The notes beneath the pieces were generated by a model. It saw nothing but the letters and a program-made list of their open reading frames with translations, was not told the origin of the DNA and ran no database searches. Shown here piece by piece: positions 53,201 through 56,823 of a DNA stretch of 56,823 bases (its first letter is position 1; each line of letters begins with the position of its first letter). The position numbers and the translations under genes are program-made. The stretch comes from Basidiobolus meristosporus CBS 931.73. Its lineage: Eukaryota; Fungi; Basidiobolomycota. The stretch lies in NCBI GenBank assembly GCA_002104905.1, contig MCFE01000573.1, forward strand, positions 1-56,823, written 5' to 3'.

Positions 53201-55148
53201 CACAAATCTAACACAAGCTCGTGGCTTTGTGGCAGCTTGTGGGTTCTTTAGGATCTGGATCCCAAGATTTTCTGAGATAGCAGAACCAATCTACCGACTA
53301 CAGAGAAAGAATACCCCATTTATCTGGGGAGAAGAGCAAGAAGAAGCCATGCAGTTACTGAAAGAGGCCTTAGTATCTCCACCAGTTCTAAGACCTCTTG
53401 ACTATCAAAACACTGAATGCCCACCTATTTTGACAGTGGATGCAAGCCCTATAGGAGCTGGAGCACTACTTGGACAAGATGATGAAGATGGCAACCGCTA
53501 TGCCTGCAGATATGAGAGCTGCCTGTTCTCTCCTAGAGAGCAAAGATACTCACAGATTAAGAGAGAACTACTAGGAGTTGTGAAGATGCTGAGGAAACTG
53601 AAGTCACAACTCTACATGACACATTTTATCCTGGAGACAGATGCCAAGCCCCTTATAGGAATGATCAACAAGCCTGACCTACCTGATGATACCACAAACC
53701 GATGGATGGCATGGCTGAAAATGTTTGACTTTGAGGTCAGACATATTCCTGGCAAGACAAATGTTGTGACTGACGCACTCTCCAGGAAGGGACCACAATT
53801 ATTTGAAGACTTGGACCCTCGCTTTGAAGATATTATTGATGCAGAGATCCGACAGATTGCCATCAAAGACCAAGAGAGAACTACCTGGAGTCTGATCAAG
53901 GAATATCTAAGGACATTTAAGAAACCTAGTTGGATGGATATTCAGGAGTTTAGAAAACTCAGAAAGAAGGCACACCACTACTATCTTGAAGATGATCTTC
54001 TCTTTAAGCAAGTGAAGCCTGGTCTTATGCCAAGAAGAGTAGTCACTACCCCTCAAGAGCAACTGAACATCATGACAAGTATCCACCAAGGAGAACCAGG
54101 AGGACATAGAGGACAAGAAGCCACATACAATACTACAGCTCAGAGGTACTACTGGGAAAACATGTACTATGATATCCAACACTTTGTTGAGTCATGTGTA
54201 GCCTGCCAGAAGAGATCCTCCAAGCGTTATGAAGAACCACTGCATCCTACTTACACAATCTGTCTATGGCAAAAGGTTGGTATTGACCTTGTCCACATGC
54301 CAACAGCTGGATCAAAAAAGTACCTGATTGTTGCTAGAGATGACCTTAGTGGATGGGCAGAGGCTTGAGCCTTGCCCAACAACAAGAGCCATACCATAAG
54401 GAGATTTATACTTGAAGACATCATCTGCAGATTTGGCTGCATCCGACAGTTTGTTGCTGACAGAGGAGAGATGACATCCCAAATGATCCAGGAGTTGTGC
54501 TCAAAGTACAAGATACACATTGCTTTTACAACAGCTTACCACCCTCAAGCCAATGGAATGATAGAGAGAGGACATGGACCATTGGTGAACTCTCTTGTCA
54601 AGACCTGTGAGAATAACACAACACTGTGGCCACAGCAATTACATCTAGCACTCTGGGCAGATAGAATTACTACTAAGAGGACAACTGGATTATTGCCATT
54701 CAAGCTACTCTATGGACATGACTGCATACTACCAGTTGAGTTAAACACAGTCACTTGGAACTCATTGAATTGGAGATCCAATATGCAGACTGAAGACCTC
54801 CTTGCAACTTGCACACAGCAACTTGATCACCATGACTTGAATATCAGCAGAGCTGCTGAACAACTTAAGGATACACGACTAAAGAACAAGGTGCCCTTTG
54901 ACAAATCACACCCAACAAGACCAAAACCACTATCACTAGGAGACCCAGTATTACTCTACAATTCTACCTTGGACAAGCAATGGAGTCGGAAGTTTGACAA
55001 CAAATGGACTGGCCCCTACCTCATTTCCAAAGTGATTGGAAATGGAAGTTATTACATATCTGAGCTTGACAACACCCAGTTGAGAGCACCAGTTGCTGGA
55101 AATCGACTTAAGTTATTCAAGCATAGGAATTTCGCACATCAAGATTAG
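50295..55148 (+). pseudogene. Gypsy gag-pol single ORF with one in-frame TGA at 54366-54368 in integrase
   Basis: Gag PQFDGKNV; CCHC knuckle CIWCDSTQHARQEC; protease IDSGSE; RT YDLYSGYDQI, QGATNS, VFVDD; RNase H TVDAS, RELLG, DALSR; integrase HH-CC, GIDLV, ADRG, IERG; KWTGPY. No chromodomain. Confidence 0.93.
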
Positions 55149-55173
55149 TTTGCTTTGACCCAAGTTCAAAGCT

Positions 55174-55187
55174 GAGAGGGGGGTGGA
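55174..55187 (+). other. Polypurine tract
   Basis: GAGAGGGGGGTGGA directly abuts the 3' LTR. Confidence 0.9.
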
Positions 55188-56259
55188 TGTAGTGGGGTGA
55201 CAGTGACACCCACTGACAGATGTGCTCATTCCCTTATTTTCTACTTCCCTATATCTCTACTACACTTATTTTAGTTTTATCCCATTTGTCTTACCCAATC
55301 AGTACTATCCCATAAGCCGGTTGACTATCACACCTGCTTACCTTATTGCATAAGTTACCCCTCACTTTATGTAAGATTACTAGCTATAAGTACTTCTACA
55401 TTAGGCAAGTACCCGCGCCAGTACCCGTGACACATGATCAGCCCGTGTCACCATCCCTACCATTTCCATACCATATATGGTATCCCCATGTTACACAGGT
55501 TTCAGAATACTGATTCCTGATTGGTTGGATGTGCTGTGCCTCTTAGAACCTTCCGGCACCTACTTAGAACATTCTTAGGTCATTCTGATGTCATTAAGAT
55601 TTCTATTGATCTCCGGAACCTTCTGGAACACCATGATTAGTAATCACTTAGCCAGTGAGAAAAGTATATAAGGGAGGCTATCCCTCAACAATAAATCATC
55701 ATCCCTTTTTATCAATATACCGACTTGTTGATTAGTGTGATCACTGCTACCTGCTGCTACCTGAACTTCCAACCCCAGACCACAGGACACTCCCAGGAAA
55801 CCGCGCTGACAGCCAACTGACCTTGGAGGCACTACTTGTGAGGAATACTCAGAGTAGGTATCTTTTATTATATTTGATTCTTTCCCAAGTTTGTTCTTGT
55901 ACAGGCAAAGATACTTTTCTGTCTTTGTAACTATTGACCACAGCTGCATTCTTATCAAGTCCCTGCTGGTGGAGTTTACAGTTGTTTTGACTTTGGAAGC
56001 TTTAGTACATTGTCATCTCAAAGGACGCTGAACCCAGCACATACTTTTGTTAAGATGCCAACTAAGTTGGGGATTGTAGCTCAATAGTTTTCCCTTGACA
56101 AGCTTGTGGCTTTATTCCCCTTCACATTAGATTAGAGACAGAACCCAAGTATTCCTAGCAAGCTTTTGCCAGAGGTTATTGCACCCAGTGAACACCCCAC
56201 ACACAAAACACTTGAGAAGTGTTGGATGTATCTCTCCCTTGGACCTATACACCACCACA
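55188..56259 (+). repeat. 3' LTR
   Basis: Near-identical to 49082-50153; TG...CA termini. Confidence 0.97.
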
Positions 56260-56823
56260 ACGTAATGCTATTATATCACTTTTTGGTCAATACTCATGTG
56301 AACTTAAGACAGTCTTATATTTGAGACATTGCACCTACATGAATGTAAGATTCAATGATGACCTGCCATAGTAAGCATTATAAATAAGGTTGTGGCACCA
56401 CATACACGCATATATGTAACATTGTTTCCCCTTTGGTTTGACTCACTTCCATAGATATGCCACCAAAAAATAAAGCAAAGTTGTCTGGTTCTCAACCAAA
56501 CCCCACTGCTGACGGCAACAGAAGAACAGTTGGAAACAACAGCTTGCTTTGACATTCAGTGCAACAAGCAGGGCTACATCCAAAAAAGGCCCTGTGAACA
56601 GTATGCCCATTGAAGGTAATAATGCAGACTCCTCAGGCTCTCACTTATGTAGGCAAATGAGAACCTCTGCAGAGCCACAGGCTGACCATTGTGCTCAGGC
56701 AGATGAGAATGTAGCAAATGCAGAACCCTCAGTTGAAGATCAGCAAGTGGCCATGATAACATCACCACCACCTATATTAGCAAGTATGTTGTCAGCTCAT
56801 ACCAAAGCATTAATGAAGTAATT

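Larger units (their letters stand above)
49082..56259 (+). mobile_element. Full-length Ty3/Gypsy LTR retrotransposon, 7178 bp
   Basis: Two 1072-bp LTRs (TGTAGTGG...CCACCACA), PBS, PPT, gag-PR-RT-RH-INT order, imperfect 4-bp TSD ATGT/ACGT. Confidence 0.97.

Overview
Eukaryotic, intron-containing fungal DNA. Short GT-AG introns, a myosin-motor chitin synthase, an MgtE transporter and an Elongin-B-like gene point to an early-diverging fungus such as a Basidiobolus-like zoopagomycete (inference). About 1.6-42.7 kb is gene-rich and CpG-normal: ATL1, BAR-PH-ArfGAP-ANK, Elongin-B-like, MgtE, TMEM170, a prion-like-domain+MIR protein, myosin-chitin synthase, RPT4, a Ser/Thr kinase, AMS1 and a Pho80-like cyclin. 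Several gaps probably hold short-exon genes I could not identify. The ends (1-1.6 kb and 42.7-56.8 kb) are CpG-depleted transposon islands. The right island is nested: a decayed CACTA/EnSpm transposase is interrupted by a 697-bp solo LTR with a perfect 5-bp TSD and by a young 7.2-kb Ty3/Gypsy element (1072-bp LTRs, tRNA-Lys PBS, one nonsense codon). A Copia relic, an inverted CACTA fragment preserving the empty site and a 212-bp foldback unit lie alongside. Every recent mutation I found in the Gypsy is a CpG transition. All alignments, intron calls and motif matches were made by eye.
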